Below, piece by piece: positions 12,801 through 27,335 of a stretch of 64,000 nucleotides of DNA. Numbering within the stretch: position 1 is the stretch's first letter; each line of letters starts with the position of its first letter. The notes beneath the pieces were generated by a model. That model searched no databases. It saw only the letters and a list, made by a program, of their open reading frames with translations, and was not told the origin of the DNA. Made by a program: the position numbers and the translations under genes. Source of the DNA: Raja brachyura (taxonomy: Eukaryota); NCBI GenBank assembly GCA_963514005.1, contig OY740820.1, forward strand, positions 22,568,001-22,632,000, written 5' to 3'.

Positions 12801-13509
12801 AATATATTAAGAAAGGCAGTGGTTCCCAAACCAACTTGGAAGCCCCACAGTATACTGATCTCCAGCATGAAAAACAATCTACTACAGTCTAGCAGCTTCA
12901 CTACTAATGTGTTTTTCTAGTTCGTTGGCCGATTTTCTGTCTGTGCTACTGTTATTCCATTGCCTGTAATCTTGATGACAAGACTTTTATGTAGCACCTT
13001 CAGTTTGGTAAGTCCATTAATAGCACATCAATCATATTTTTTCTCCCATTGACCTCTCTTACTTCATAAGAAAACGTTGGAAATACTAAACAAGTCGAGT
13101 ATTATCTAAGGAGGAAGAAACAAAGTAGAAGTTTTAGATTGAGTATATTTTATAGAACTATGATAGATTTTGTTTTCCACAGATGTTGCCTGTTAAGTAT
13201 TTCCAGCCTTTTTCTCAACCTTTCCAGCCATTTCTCAACACTTACTTTTTTTTGTTATTTTGTTTTTTGGAGTTATTTCTGTGTTTCTCAAATTGTCCCC
13301 AGCACTGAGGTCCATCTAGTTTGTGGTTAATTGGATCACCCCTCACCCTCGCAATGTTCCATTCCCGTTGAGCTTGTGAACTGCTGATGAAAGATGTTGT
13401 CAACCAAAGGGCACCAATAGGCTAAGAAGGGATCAACTACTTTGGTTATATTCACAAAAGCTGTTAATGATGACTTTTATAAGAGTTCTATTAATCCATT
13501 TAGTTCTCC

Positions 13510-13692
13510 GAAGATAGACACAAAAAGCTCGAGTAACACAGCGGATCAGACACCATCTCTGAACAAAAGGAATAGGTGACGTTTCGGTCACCTATTCCTT
13601 TCCCCCAGTGATGTTGTCTGACCTGCTGAGTTACTCCAGCTTTTTGTGTCTATCTTTGGTTTAAATGAGCATCTACAGTTCCTTCCTACACA
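13510..13692. mobile_element. Palindromic Penelope-derived mini-element with 12-bp TSD
   Basis: Arms meet at gaataggtgac-gtttcg-gtcacctattc. TSD atttagtt(c/t)tcc at 13498-13509 and 13693-13704. Confidence 0.8.
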
Positions 13693-16600
13693 ATTTAGTT
13701 TTCCCTTTTGTTTGGCTCGATTCCCTTTAGGGTAGTTTTGTTGTTATATACATCTTTACTATAATTGCGATGATGTTTAGGAAATAAATCATCAGTCACT
13801 TTACTATTTTCCCCTATGTTTCCGTATGATATGGAAGGATGCTACTTTCTGTGTATGCCACTTTTAGTTTTGAAAACTATACTGCGGTATAGTTTTCAAC
13901 ATTTCCATTTGCATTCAAGGCATCATTTACATTGTGGTTAAAAACCCTTTGCTATTAGAAATGATATACCAAGCATCCATGGTGATGTGCATTCGGCTTC
14001 CAGGCTTATTGGATGACCTTTCTGGTTCATCTAGTACATGTAGCTATTTCAAATATATATAATTTAATTTGAACTTGCTATGAACATTTACTGATCTTGA
14101 ATTAAATATAATACTACTGATATTGTAAAAATCAGAACTCCATAGGTTCATGGAGCATGGAAAAGAGGCGGTGGCGATGAGTGGGCAATTAACCTATCCA
14201 CCTGCATTTTGGGAAATGGGAGAAACCCAGAGCACCTAGAAGATGCCCACACCATCGCAGGGTGGTCATGCAAACTCCACCCATACAGTATAGAGGTCGG
14301 GGTTTAACCTGAATTGGCTGAGCTCTGAAGCAACAGCTCTTCTTGCTTTTATTTTAAACCCATTTGTTACTTAATCTTTCCTACCCAACTCATTCTGTCA
14401 CACTTTTATTTCTATTTTCTCAGTTCCTCCTTCTGTCTCCCTCTGTTTTCTCCAATCTTTCATGGTTCTGATGAAATATTGTGCTGAAGCCTTTGCTCCA
14501 TTTCTATCTGCTCACATGCTAACAGATCCGATGAGTACTTCAAGTAGCTTCAATTACATACAAACCCTCCAGTGTCTTTAGTGTTTTACTTAAGAAACGT
14601 CAGAAATGTTATTTGTTCACATCAGTGTTTCATAGACGTGGGAGTTGGAGGCAACATGAATATTTATGAGATTTGTTCAGATTTTTATTAAAATTGGGAT
14701 TTTCACCATTGTAGATGTAAATAAAATATAGGGATTTGCTCATTTGGATCCATATTTTGAACAAAATGGTAATTTGTGAAGGGCTTTAGGATTCCCCGGC
14801 AGTTTGTTAGGACACAAGTTAAGTTCTTGAAACTAATTCTGTAGTTTGGATGATGAATTCCACATTATTTAATGTTAGTATGTTAAAGCTGGTGTTCGTC
14901 ACTTTAGATCTACCTCATGTCTCAGGCATTTATCTCTGGCCGGCTGTACAAGCCAGTATTAGAAGTGTACTTAAGGTGCTTACAATTACCATAAAAGGAC
15001 AATGCTTCTTATGTGCCAACTATAAACAGGGTTCACACTTGTTGAATATAAACAGCTTTTAGCTCTCTGAGAAGCCTTGCAGTATTGGAAGCACAAAGCC
15101 AATCTTACATAGAGCAAGTTTATTCAATGCCGTAGCACTTTAGCACAAAAGTAGTGTTCTTGCTTGATATAGATATAGCCAGAGGGGAACTAATTTATAG
15201 TAATTAGAGGTTAAATAGTGCTTCACTTTTGGAGAATCGTCATTATTCAAGAAATGATTTCCCAACCATTTCTCAATGGACAGTACTTGCCTCACTCGTT
15301 GTTGTGAGCTCAGCAGTCACTTGAGACATGCAAGACGTTTAGTGCTACACATTGTGTGGTGGGGATTGGGGAGGAAACTAGGCCAATCTTTACTCTTTTA
15401 AAAATTAATTAAAGTAAGATTTGTCCAGTATCACGTTGTAGTTTGTGATAGCTTACTGGGGCAAAGTTGGATGCCGTAGTTTTGTTATAGCAATGGTTAC
15501 AGTTCATTAACCACTGCTTTTTGGAAGAAAATTAGGAGAAACATCTTGCTAAAAGAGAGGAGAAAATGACGTTTGTAAGATCATTAATTCATGTCGTACC
15601 AAATTTGAAGGTCTCTTTCACTTGAGTTCATTGGAAACCTAATTTTAAAATGTCTGCATGGAGAAACCAAAATACTTGACTCTGTAAGAAGGAACTACAG
15701 ATAACTGTTCAGTACACACTGGATGGAAATATAGTTGTATTGATCTTTGTGCCTTTGAGGTGGTATAATTTTTTCCGTCAAGTCAGATTGTTTAAACGGC
15801 CTTTGAATAAGGAATCTAGGACAATAGTGGCAAAGAGCAGCAATGCAGATTTATCAGTAACTGCAACTTTCAACAGAATTTGCCGTACTGGATTGTATTG
15901 TGGTGGATAGATTCAAGTTTTTTATCCATTTTGAATGCAGTGCATGTTCACCTACATCCTTAACAGAAAATAAATCTACTTATATGATTACTGATGGGAA
16001 AATCAGACTACTTGTATCTATTAACTAGTGCTTTTGTTTAGTTTAAATATTATCAAATTATTGCCAAATCCTTATTAAAGAAGTTTGTAGAAAAGTAACA
16101 TTCCCAGACACTCTGCTCATTTCTCACAGAAGTGGTTTCATTGAGCTGCAAAGCACAATTTTATTTTAATTCAAAGAAGCTACAATAAATTTTATGCAGC
16201 TCGTGTCAGCATTATGTAGAGTCAAGTTAGGTAAGATTGACGCAGATAATCTTTGACACTGCACCAAATATCTATTTGAACTCCAGCCTACGAGAAGCGG
16301 CCATGACATCGTCTGGACAGACTGCCCTTGCAACTTACTTTTTATCTCTCCCCCCCCCCCCCGCCCTCCCCAAACAATCTCCATGTTTCTCTGCTTGATG
16401 GATTAATGAAGAATGCCTAATCTTCTGAATGCCTAGTTTTTCTTGCTACCTTTGTAGCTGTGAGTTAATGGCAAAATAAATAATTGCAGAGACAACCGAG
16501 TCTCCAGAAGGTTTTCTGAGCTCCAGTCGGGTGGGTAACTTGGCTGGGTTTTATTTCTTTGTTGCTCATTTTCTCTATGGAATTAGATCTTTTTTTTTGC

Positions 16601-17164
16601 TGATTCCTGTTACTGCAGAACCTCTGCAGTTAACTCAGAAGGAATCGGGAATTGAATTTGACAGATCAGATTCATGTGACTTGTTTCTGGTTTGGATATT
16701 TTTGAACCTTGGGTGTGGCATGAAACCAAGTTAAGAATATAACATCAGACAGGGAGTGTAGCGAGCCATTCAATCCCTGGTAACTACTTGCTTGTTCAAA
16801 ATGGTCAAAGCTCACCTTTCATCTCACTGCCTTGTGCTTGCACTGATCCCGTATCCCTTAATTCCCATAACATTTAAAAATCTATTTCCTTCTGTATTGA
16901 ACATGTGCTCTAAGCCTAAAAAAAATTCCAATGATTCAATGCCCTGATAAAGGATTCAAAGCTGATCCCTTAATTTAAGGCTTGACACCCTAACCAGCCG
17001 AAGCATCAATTCTGAATCTGCCATGTCAAATCCCATTTTATTGAGATTATCTCTCATATTTCTAAGTAAACCGTATCCAACCCGAAGCGTCTCCTACTCC
17101 TTTTCTCCAGAGATGCTGTCTGACCTGCTGACTTACTCCAGCTTTTGGTGTCTATCTTCAGTTT

Positions 17165-17695
17165 AGACAATAGACAATAGGTGCAGGAGTAGGCCATTTG
17201 GCCCTTCGAGCCAACATCACCATTCAATGTGTTCATGGCTGATCATCCCCAATCAGTACCCCGTTCCTGCCTTTTCCACATATCCCCTGACTCCGCTATC
17301 TTTAAGAGCCCTATCCAGCTCTCTCTTGAAAGCATCCAGAGAACCTGCCTCCACTGCCATCTGAGGCAGAGAATTCCACACACTCCCAACTCTCTGTGAG
17401 CAAAAGTGTTTCCTCATCTCCGTTCTAAATGGCTTACCCCTTATTTTTAAACTGTGGCGCCTGGTTCTGGACTCCGACAACATCAGGAACATGTTTCCTG
17501 CCTCCAGCGTGTCCAAACCCTTAACAATCTTATATGTTTCAATAAGATCCCCTCTCATCCTTCTAAACTTCAGAGTGTACAAGCCCAGCTGCTTCATTCT
17601 CTCAGCATATGACAGTCCTGCCATCCCGGGAATTAACCTTGTAAACCTATGCTGCACTCCCTCAATAGCAAGAATGTCCTTCCTCAAATTAGCAA
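17165..17695 (-). mobile_element. CR1-type LINE 3' fragment inserted in a Penelope-derived mini-element
   Basis: ORF 17253-17708(-) LRKDILAIEGVQHRFTRLIPGM...GTGY*; tail agacaatagacaatag. Host element halves at about 17075-17164 and 17711-17740. Confidence 0.9.
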
Positions 17696-20440
17696 TGTCC
17701 TTCCTCAAATTAAACCAGCATCTGCAGTTTTTCCTACACCTTCCATATCAGGAATCAAATTGGTGTACGCCTATATATCTCTTATGTATGGACACCAAGC
17801 TTGTGTCCACAAATACCAGGTCCAATCTCACCTGGGCCTCATGCAATTGCAGTAGGCCATCTTTACTCATTCAAATACTCTTTCCTATCACACTGTCCAT
17901 GTTTTTTATGTTGTTAATGGGAAGTATGTGTTTTATTTAGGCATGTTGGGCTGGATTTTGACAAACAAAACATTTGCTTTCTATGCTGACCTTAAATTTG
18001 ATATCCAAGATCCAGCAATCTCTGGCATCTCGCATGGATTGCTGGCAGATGTCAGTTCAGATGGATTTCTGTCATCTAGTAACTATGGAGCCGTCCATCT
18101 TAATAATCGTACATGATGAGAAAAATAGATCTGGTAGATGCACAGGGTCTCTTGACCAGAGTAGGTGAATCGAGGACCAGAGGACATAGATTTAAGGTGA
18201 TGGGGAAAAGATTTAATATGGTGCTCTGAAAATGGCAGAAAGGTTAGTATTTTCCTGTTGGTACACAACAGCCAAGACATACATATATAGTAGGCCCTTC
18301 ACTTTGCAAACTGATCTAGCCTTCAAATTAATTATTTAAAATTTCTCTCTGTTACATTGGATGCTGAGGTTGATTCTTCAAAATGATGTTCTTTTGGGTA
18401 AATACCTTTGTTTCTGAACCACAAATGTTTGTAGCTTCTAGGGCAGATTTAATTGAAAGGAAAAATATTACACAAAGACTGGAAGACGTAAACATAAAAT
18501 CAGATTCAGTCCTTCCATGGGTAATATCAGGAGGTAGTACTAATAATCTGAAGTGTTTGTGTTTATAAATTGTTAGTTAATTTTAAACCTTGAATTTTGT
18601 CAATTCAAGGTATCGAGAAATGATGCAAATCCAGTATATGGGTTTGGGTCTCTGATCAACTATGATTAATGTACATCCTTTTCTGTTATTCATATGTTAG
18701 TATGAATTTACAAATATAATGTACATTCTTGATGTAAACCTTTATAATGCTAAAATGACGTACACCTTTTCTATATTATTCTTCTGCTGTTATGATCCAA
18801 TCAAGCGGCCAGTCCAACTTCCATACACAAGTGATATTTTGTCACTAGGATTACTAAAAGTTTTGTGTATGTTTGTGCTACTGCCTCCTCGGCTAGATGT
18901 GTCATGGTTAAGAACTGTCTATTCTGTGCCAGTAAGGCTGATCCCTTAGATTGCAAACAATTGCATGACGTGGTTCAACATTTCATTTCTCAGCTCTACG
19001 GCATGAATGATATTATCATTGATAACAAGAACATGCAAGTAATTTGGCAAACTACATTTAATAGAGAACCAAATAGAGATATTAGAGTGAATGGTTGCTA
19101 TTTTAACAAGTATCTGAATAGAGAAAGATTGAGGGGCAAAGAGATTTACAGAGGGAATTCAAAAATGTAGGGCCTAAACCGTTGCAATATGCCAGCATGA
19201 TGAAGTAATTACAAGTTGAAAGTGTAAGTGTCCAGAATTAGAGATGTGCAGAAGTCTGTGGATATTTAGTATGAATGGTGAAAAATATGAAGGAGGAATG
19301 TGAGAATAATGAGAAATTTAAAACTGAGACAATAAATTCAATTATTTTTGGTCTATTTTTCAATATAACTAACTTAAGGGTATAAAGGTGCCAGTGATAT
19401 TTCTCATGTCAATTACTGAATGCCAGATTTTTTAAATCTGCTAATTGGTAGTTGAACTCAATATTCAGAAATGCACTTCAATGTATCCCTTTGGATATAT
19501 TGGGTATGATTTCTATTTATCTAAAAGTTTCAAAGTATATTGCTTGAATAAAAGCTTGATTAACAGTTGAGATTGTCTAAAAACTGAAATAAATGTTTAG
19601 AAAAGGACCCTTGACATTTGTTATTTTGATTTTAATTGCAATTTATTTGTGTACATGGTTGTGTTTTGTGAATTTTGCAAGTGCTAAAATATGTAGGAAT
19701 CTGTTCAAACCAATTTATGGCAGGCAAAATTGAATTGTTCCTTGAGATTTGCATTCTCTCTTTTTAGTTTGTTGATAATCAGTAAGATGACTGCTTCTAA
19801 CTAGATTTCCCAGTGCAATAAAATGAATCAAGTGATTTATTTATGACTGTTCTGTGATGTTGAGGTATAATGGAGTTGGGTATACTTTGTGGAGTTTAAG
19901 ATTATTAGTTAGTTATCATGAGAAAGTTAGTGGACTTTCCAGCTCTGGATGTATTTCCAGTCACGTAAAGTGGCTTCAACAGTCCAAAAAGCTCTCAGTT
20001 TTGGGTATTGATTGGTAAGAATCCATGTCAGTTAATAGCTTGGTGATTAAATTTCCAATACATCTCAAATGGCCAGTTACACAGAGCGCAACAAACTATT
20101 TGCCCTGTTGTTCTTTAAATTTTTGCACATATCATAAATTTCTAAAAATTCCCAAAAATCCCTGGCCATTTCTACATTATTTGTGTCTTGTGCAATTCTT
20201 CAGATTGCCTGTCCTTTTCTTAATGATTCCTAACAAATTCTTTGAGGACAGATTGAGCCTACAATTAATTAAAATTCCATACTCCACTTTTTGTATGTAC
20301 CCTTTTTCCATGTCTGTACCTAATATTGTGGTTTTCTTTGAATTATATACACTGTTCTTTTCTAAGCTAATGTAGAAATGAACAATTTCTGTTTATATGT
20401 CTACAGTTAAGACTATTCTCAGAGTTTAGGGCTGCTTTGA

Positions 20441-20839
<399 letters not shown>

Positions 20840-23800
20840 TAGTAGTACCATTAGTAGTTCCTGCTGGTCATTGAGACCTTGCTCCTTTCCTCTTGTCTCT
20901 ACTTAATTCTTCCCCACCACCCTCCTCATTTACAATGTTGTAGACCTGCACTCCCATTTAACCGTCCAGAAATGCCTGGATTATTGTACCTTGTCTTGCC
21001 TATCCCCCTCATGATGCCTCTAGTTTGTGAATAACTTCCATTAGAAATAAAGCAGTATTGAAGCCATACTACTCCGCAGAGTTCCGTATTAATCGTGTAG
21101 TATGTATTGTAATGTGTGTGTCCCATAAATCCCTTGCCATCTAAGTAACCCTCCCCCACCCCCCCCCCCCCCCCCCCCCCCCCCTTCCTGACTTTCCCCG
21201 TGAACATTGTGAGCCCTGTAGCCTGAACAGTTGTGTGTTTAATCGATCATTGTATTGAACCTTGTAGTGCTTGGGACACAAAGCTGCTAACCAGATCAAT
21301 TTTCTTTTGAAGCAGTCATGGCAGCCGCTAGAGTGCTGATGAATGCCTGCGTGGGTGTGCATGTGAAGTTTTATTTTTACTGTTTGCTGGATACGAGACA
21401 GATGGCATAGCGAACTGCAAAGAGAGATGCTCCGCATGCTAATTGGCATCTGCAACTGCGGGGCATTACAAAATGGTGCAGGACAGCGGTTTTACAGTTA
21501 TTTTTGATACTGAACCCTGGTACTGATTAGATTTGGTGCGCTCATAATCCAAGTAATAGAATATTACATATTTTATGGTGCATTTTACTAGCTAGGCATA
21601 TTTTGAACCTTATAAAAGTTGATATTACAAATATAGCAGTTATTTCCATTTAAATAGAATTGCAGTGATGCTAAATGCAGTTTGCTGAAGGGCATGCATA
21701 TATTCCACTTTTACAAAGTTTCTTTTTAAAGCCATAAACATGAGGTTTGCTGTGTGTAGATGAACTCATTGGGAGTATGGAGAAGATGTTTTGAGCCCAA
21801 GATTTGCATGGTTTCTGAATGACTATTTCTACTAACTAATAACCCCTAGAGAGCTAATATCATTTTGTTATTGTGCAAATGCACAGCATTGAAAATGTTA
21901 ACCAACTAAGACCAACACAAAGATTTTATTCATCATATTTCTTAAAACATGAAGTCTTTTAATCATTTAAAAAAACTTAAATGTTAATCAAGTTTTGGGC
22001 ATTCTATCTCGTAGTTCAGAAAAAGAATGACGATGTAAGTATTAGCAATTATGCTAGATTTGTGGAACCCTTTTTATCTCAGAGATCTGGACAAACTTTA
22101 TCTTCATGAAGAGATTTCATCTACATTTGAAAATGGGGTAGAATTATAACCTTTTCCCAAAAGTTGCTGCTCAGCAAGATTTAAGTCATGTGCGTTAGTG
22201 CCTTCATTTTAAAGTGATGGGAAATGTCAGAGAATATTTACAATATTTGTTGATAATTTCTAGTCTTCTGCTGTAGTTAATGGAAAGTTTAATGTTGCAT
22301 TATTCTTCATTTGAGGGTATTCCTTTCATCCTTTATTTTTCAGTACTAATGGTAAGTTATTTGATATCAAAATTGTAAGAACACCACATTCAGGATGGTG
22401 AGTACATCATTAAAGACAGTGATCCTGCTACTGAGAATTATTTCTTAATCCTCTGCACCTCTACCCCAACATGCTTATTCTTCCCATCCCACAGACTAGA
22501 GCACACCATAACTATACTCTGCTTTCCATATTCCCTTTCGCCTCCTGTATTGTATCAGCTTTTCATAAATATCCCTTTTCCTGAAGTAGTCTGCATAGTC
22601 TGCTTAATTTCAATGGGATCATGCCTTTAAGGTAATGTTCATATTTGTTATTATTTCACATAGACGGTGCAACAAATGGAATATTCTTCCTTTGGCCATT
22701 TAAAGTTCAGCAATCTAAGTTGTACTGAGTTTCCTTTATTCGTTATTTGGGCTGTCAAGTGATATGTAGTCTTAGGACATTTTGATTTAGAATCTTTTCA
22801 ACATATTCCTGTAAACCCCCGTGTGGGAAAAAAAACATTTTTTTAATGTGCGGAAGAAAAGCAAAGTTCTAAACATAAACTGATACAGAGAAAGATAGAT
22901 GCAAAAGTCTAACTTTGCTCCTGAGATGAGAGGGGTGGAAATCTGACCTTGTTTCTTCTATTTTTTTTATTGCATTGGAAATTTCAACAAACAACTGAAA
23001 TATGTAAAACATTGTATTCATGATTTAAATTAACTTATTTTTCAAGGCAATCTGCAGGTCAAAGAAAACACTTTGGAGGTTTAACTTCCTTCCATTGAAG
23101 CGATGCCAGTTGAGACAGTGCTTGACTCATGAATGGTCAGAATTGGAATGGATGGTTTACTGTCCTTGCAGTCCGTTATGCCAGGCAGATAGTCTTGCAA
23201 AATAGATATAAGATAATCTCTAGAATTAATTTAAAAAGGTTATGATATATTCTTAAAAGATGATTTATTCAAGCTTCTTTCTATTAGATTTTGACTCGTT
23301 TGTGAAAATATGCGGTGAAGGGAGATTTTATTACTGTTTTGACATTGCTGCATTTTTGACTGACCCTGGCAATGTGTTCCTCTCCTGCTTTCCATGGCTC
23401 AGAAGATTCAATATTTAATTTCAATGGAAACGGGGATTAGAGTGTAAAATACGGAGTCATGTGTACAAATACATGTACCTGTCCAAGTGTCTTTTAAATG
23501 CTGTTATAGTATCTGCTTCAACTACCTCCTCAGATAGCTATTCCCCATACCCACCACCCTTTCAGTGAAAAAGTTACCGCCAAGGTGCGTATTAAATCTT
23601 GCCCCTCTCATCGTAAACATATGTTCTTTTGTTTTTGATTCCCTTATTCTGGGCATTCACCCTATCTATTCCCCTCATGATTTTATAGTCTCCTGCGCTC
23701 CAAGGAATAAAGTCCTAGCCTGCACAACCTCTCCCTATAGCTCAGCCCCTCAGGTCCTGGCAATATCCATGTTAATCTCTACACTCATTCCAGTTTACTG

Positions 23801-23929
23801 ACATCCTTCCTACAGCAAGGTAACCAAAACTGAATAGGTTTCATCGTTATACCACACTCCCCAGGGTGCTATCACGCTGGCAGAAGATTGCTGTGAAGTG
23901 GTCCTTATTGAGGACTGATTTGAGATATT

Positions 23930-24486
23930 TCATAGAAACATAGAAAATAGGTGCAGGAGGAGGCCATTCGGCCTTTCGAGCCAGCACTGCCATTCATCGT
24001 GATCATGGCTGATCGTCCCCAATCAATAACCCGTGCCTGCCTTCTCCCCATATCCCTTTATTCCACTAGCCCCGAGAGCTCTATTTAACTCTCTCTTAAA
24101 CCCATCCTGTGATTTGGTCTCCACTGCCCTCTGTGGCAGGGAATTCCACAAATTCACAACTCCCTGGGTGAAAAAGTTTTTTCTCATCTCAGTCTTAAAT
24201 GGCTTCCCCTTTATTCTAAGACTGGGGCCCCTGGTTCTGGACTCGCCCAACATTGGGAACATTTTTCCTGCATCTAGCTTGTCCAGTCCTTTTATAATTT
24301 TATATGTTTCTATAAGATCCCTCCTCATCCTTCTAAACTCTAGTGAATACAAGCCTAGCCTTTTCAATCTTTCCTAATATGACAGTCCCGCCATCCCAGG
24401 GATCAATCTCGTGAATCTATGCTGCACTGCCTCAATCATAAGGATGTCCTTCCTCAAATTAGGAGACCAAAACTGGACACAATACT
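23930..24486 (-). mobile_element. CR1-type LINE 3' fragment (an older CR1 fragment also lies at about 23470-23830)
   Basis: ORF 24023-24367(-) RLGLYSLEFRRMR.DLIETYKI...GYGEKAGTGY*; tail catagaaacatagaaa. Confidence 0.9.
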
Positions 24487-27163
24487 TTCGGAAGAGGATG
24501 TTAGCATGCAGACTTAGCTAAGATTCCAATGGCAAGGAGAAAGACTGACGTGAATGTGGTCAGGTTGAAGGAGATATGGGCGTAAGGGATTGATACTTGT
24601 AAATGTATTTCCAGAAAGGGATGACAAAGTTGTTTTAAGGTGGAGGTTGAATAGTGCTGTTGGGAGAGGGGAATTCGTGGATCAACAAACGGTAGTTACA
24701 AGCCTGCTAAAAGAAACAAGCAACTGAATTTTGGCAGAAGGAGAGGCAAGGTTAAGCAGAAAGCCGTTTACTAATGTGTTGGTATGGATATGCCTGGAGA
24801 TGATTATGGAAAGCTTATAAAGGCGGGACCAGCCCTTATGTTGAGGAAGGTAAAATCGTTTCTGCAGGTAGAAGAAGTAGGTTATCTTTGTCAAAGAGTG
24901 GATTGAAGGTCATAAGCTCTTTAAAAGCTGAGTTTCCAGTGACATGACATTAACAATTTTGGTGATAGCAAAAGGACATTGGTTAAAAATAATAATAGAC
25001 TTCCTTGAAATAGTTTTAAAAAGTACAGCATTAAGCATTTGAATCCTCATGATCAACACCAGCGGAGACTCATTAGCTCGCACTCTTCACATTTTTAACA
25101 GAGGAAGCAAACTAATTACTGACACTCAAATGTAGTAAACAGTTTACTAATCTCAAACGTAGCTGAAGTTTTTTCATTAGCGTAATTGGATTTATGTGCC
25201 GGCATTGGGTTTTGCAGCTGATATATAGCAGTAAGTCAGATTAAAGATTTGCTCGTGAAAATAAAACCAGACCCGAATACGTATAATTTTATCCCATACC
25301 TGACCCAGTCATTGTTGTGAATGTAGGTATTCCTTGATTTATCCATGTCTTGATTGCAAATTTTCTCCTTAATTTTCATGGATTACAATTGTAACATTCT
25401 GAAATATACGACTGAAGATGTCCGAGACTGGCAACATGGAGCAAAAAACAAACTGCTGGAGGAACACAGCGGGTCAGGCTTCATCTGTGGAGGGAGAGAG
25501 ATCGTCAATCACCTTCCCTCTACCTCCATAGATGCTGCCTGACCTTCTGAGTTCCTTTACCAATGTTATTTTGCAACATACTAATGATCTATTTGAGGAT
25601 GAACAGAGGGCATATGTAGTAATACTGAGAGACTCATCCTGAATAAAATACTGATCCAGTCTGGGTCTGGCATGGCCGAACCTAGACCCCAGTGTTTTAT
25701 CGGATGTGCTCCTGACCCCAAATCCAGCGCGTAGCCTTTGGATTTGGGTTGGATAATCGGGTTCAAGTTAAGTTTAGTAACCAATCATGTAGAGTGTAGA
25801 CTATACTCAGCAAAAAAATCCCAAAATTGATGGCATCTTTTAGTTTTAATATTTGGGGGGGGGGGGGGTTAAATCCCCAGTTCCAGCTATTTGAACTAGA
25901 AGTTCACCGTGACGCAGCAGTAGAGTTGCTGTCTTAAAGCAAAATGCAGCGCCGGAGACCCGGCTTCAATCCCGACTAGAGGCGCTGTCTGTACGGAGTT
26001 TGTACGTTCTCCCCGTGATCTGCGTGGGTTTGCTCCGAGATCTTCGGTTTCCACCCACATTCCAAAGACGTACAGGTTTGTAGGTTAATTGGCTTGATAA
26101 ATGTAAAAACAATTGTCCAGTATAAAATTGTCCAACTTCCAGTATAGTCCCTGGTGGACTCTTCGGATGATACAAGTTCTCCTAGATTGAAAGTAGGACA
26201 TTTGTGTATATGTTGCCAGGATTTGATTGTGGATGCTGTAATACATGTACAGTGCCGGTGAGGCGTTTAGTATTCTGCCTGTACCATATTTATTTTGTGA
26301 ATGGGTTTACATTGTTCATTCTATCATTTAATTTTCCAATTTCAAATAATTCTATTCATTGGGCCTGTCGATTTTTTTTTTTACTAAATCAGTTCTCATT
26401 GTCACCTGATTTAAACCTGCCTGAGGCCCTAACCAATACCAGATGGATCCTGCTAACTTATCACTTAACTCTTTTGAGAATGGAGAGTAGATTTACAGAC
26501 AGGTGCACGGGAATGAATTAAATAATCAGTAATGGAAGCATTTCGTTATATAACCCATAGAATGAGTTTTATGCATGGAATTCCACTTATTGAAAACCAT
26601 TTTCAACTCGCACAGGGCTAAATTAATAGTGGTGGAATCGATAGTAAATTCACAATACACAGAATTGCCTAGTCCTGTCTTTTTATCTTTATTATCACAT
26701 TTCAGCATTGCCAAGTGCAGACTTGGCTTGCAGCTAAGACAGCCTGACATGTCATGTCGTGATGATGCTGGCGTTCACCGTGCATTCCATTTGCATCAGC
26801 ATTTTCACAAAACAATTTTCTCCAGATTTGTAGCCAGATAGAGCAACAGCAAATAACCTTGAACTTGTCAGTCATCTCAAACCTTTTACAATCTCACTGA
26901 ATTGTGCTTTAAACCACATTGAGTGAATTTGCGAGGCAATTAGGGTTTTTGTAGAGAATAGTGTTTGCTACTTTGCTATTAGTCAGCTGTGGGCACAGTT
27001 TTTGTGTTAATAGCAGTGTTGTAAGTGAATAAACCCAGCAGTTCATCGAGAGAGAGTTGTATTTCCGAGTGGTTGGTGACTGAGAGTTGGCTGCATCTGT
27101 TTTTTTGCTGTGCAGTGGCATCACATTAACTAACAACCTCTATTTTTGCTCTGTGCATTTCAG

Positions 27164-27335
27164 AGCCAAAGATCCATTCGACTGAAGAAGTTATTTTAAG
27201 GCCTTCAAACACAGAAATCAACCTGTATTGTAACCTGACTTTGACATCAAGTCCCTGCAATGGCAGTTACTGGATTAAAGACGGAGAAGAGATTACTGGG
27301 ACCAGGAACCTTGCCGCAAACAGCACTGAATACAA
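27164..27335 (+). CDS. NPTN: Neuroplastin exon 3 (Ig2 N-terminal part)
   Basis: Acceptor catttcag| and donor AA|gtgaga; 172 nt. Encodes KPKIHSTEEVILRPSNTEINLYCNLTLTSSPCNGSYWIKDGEEITGTRNLAANSTEY, similar to mammalian KPRIVTSEEVII...CNLT...SYW. Not in the ORF track; read manually. Confidence 0.93.
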
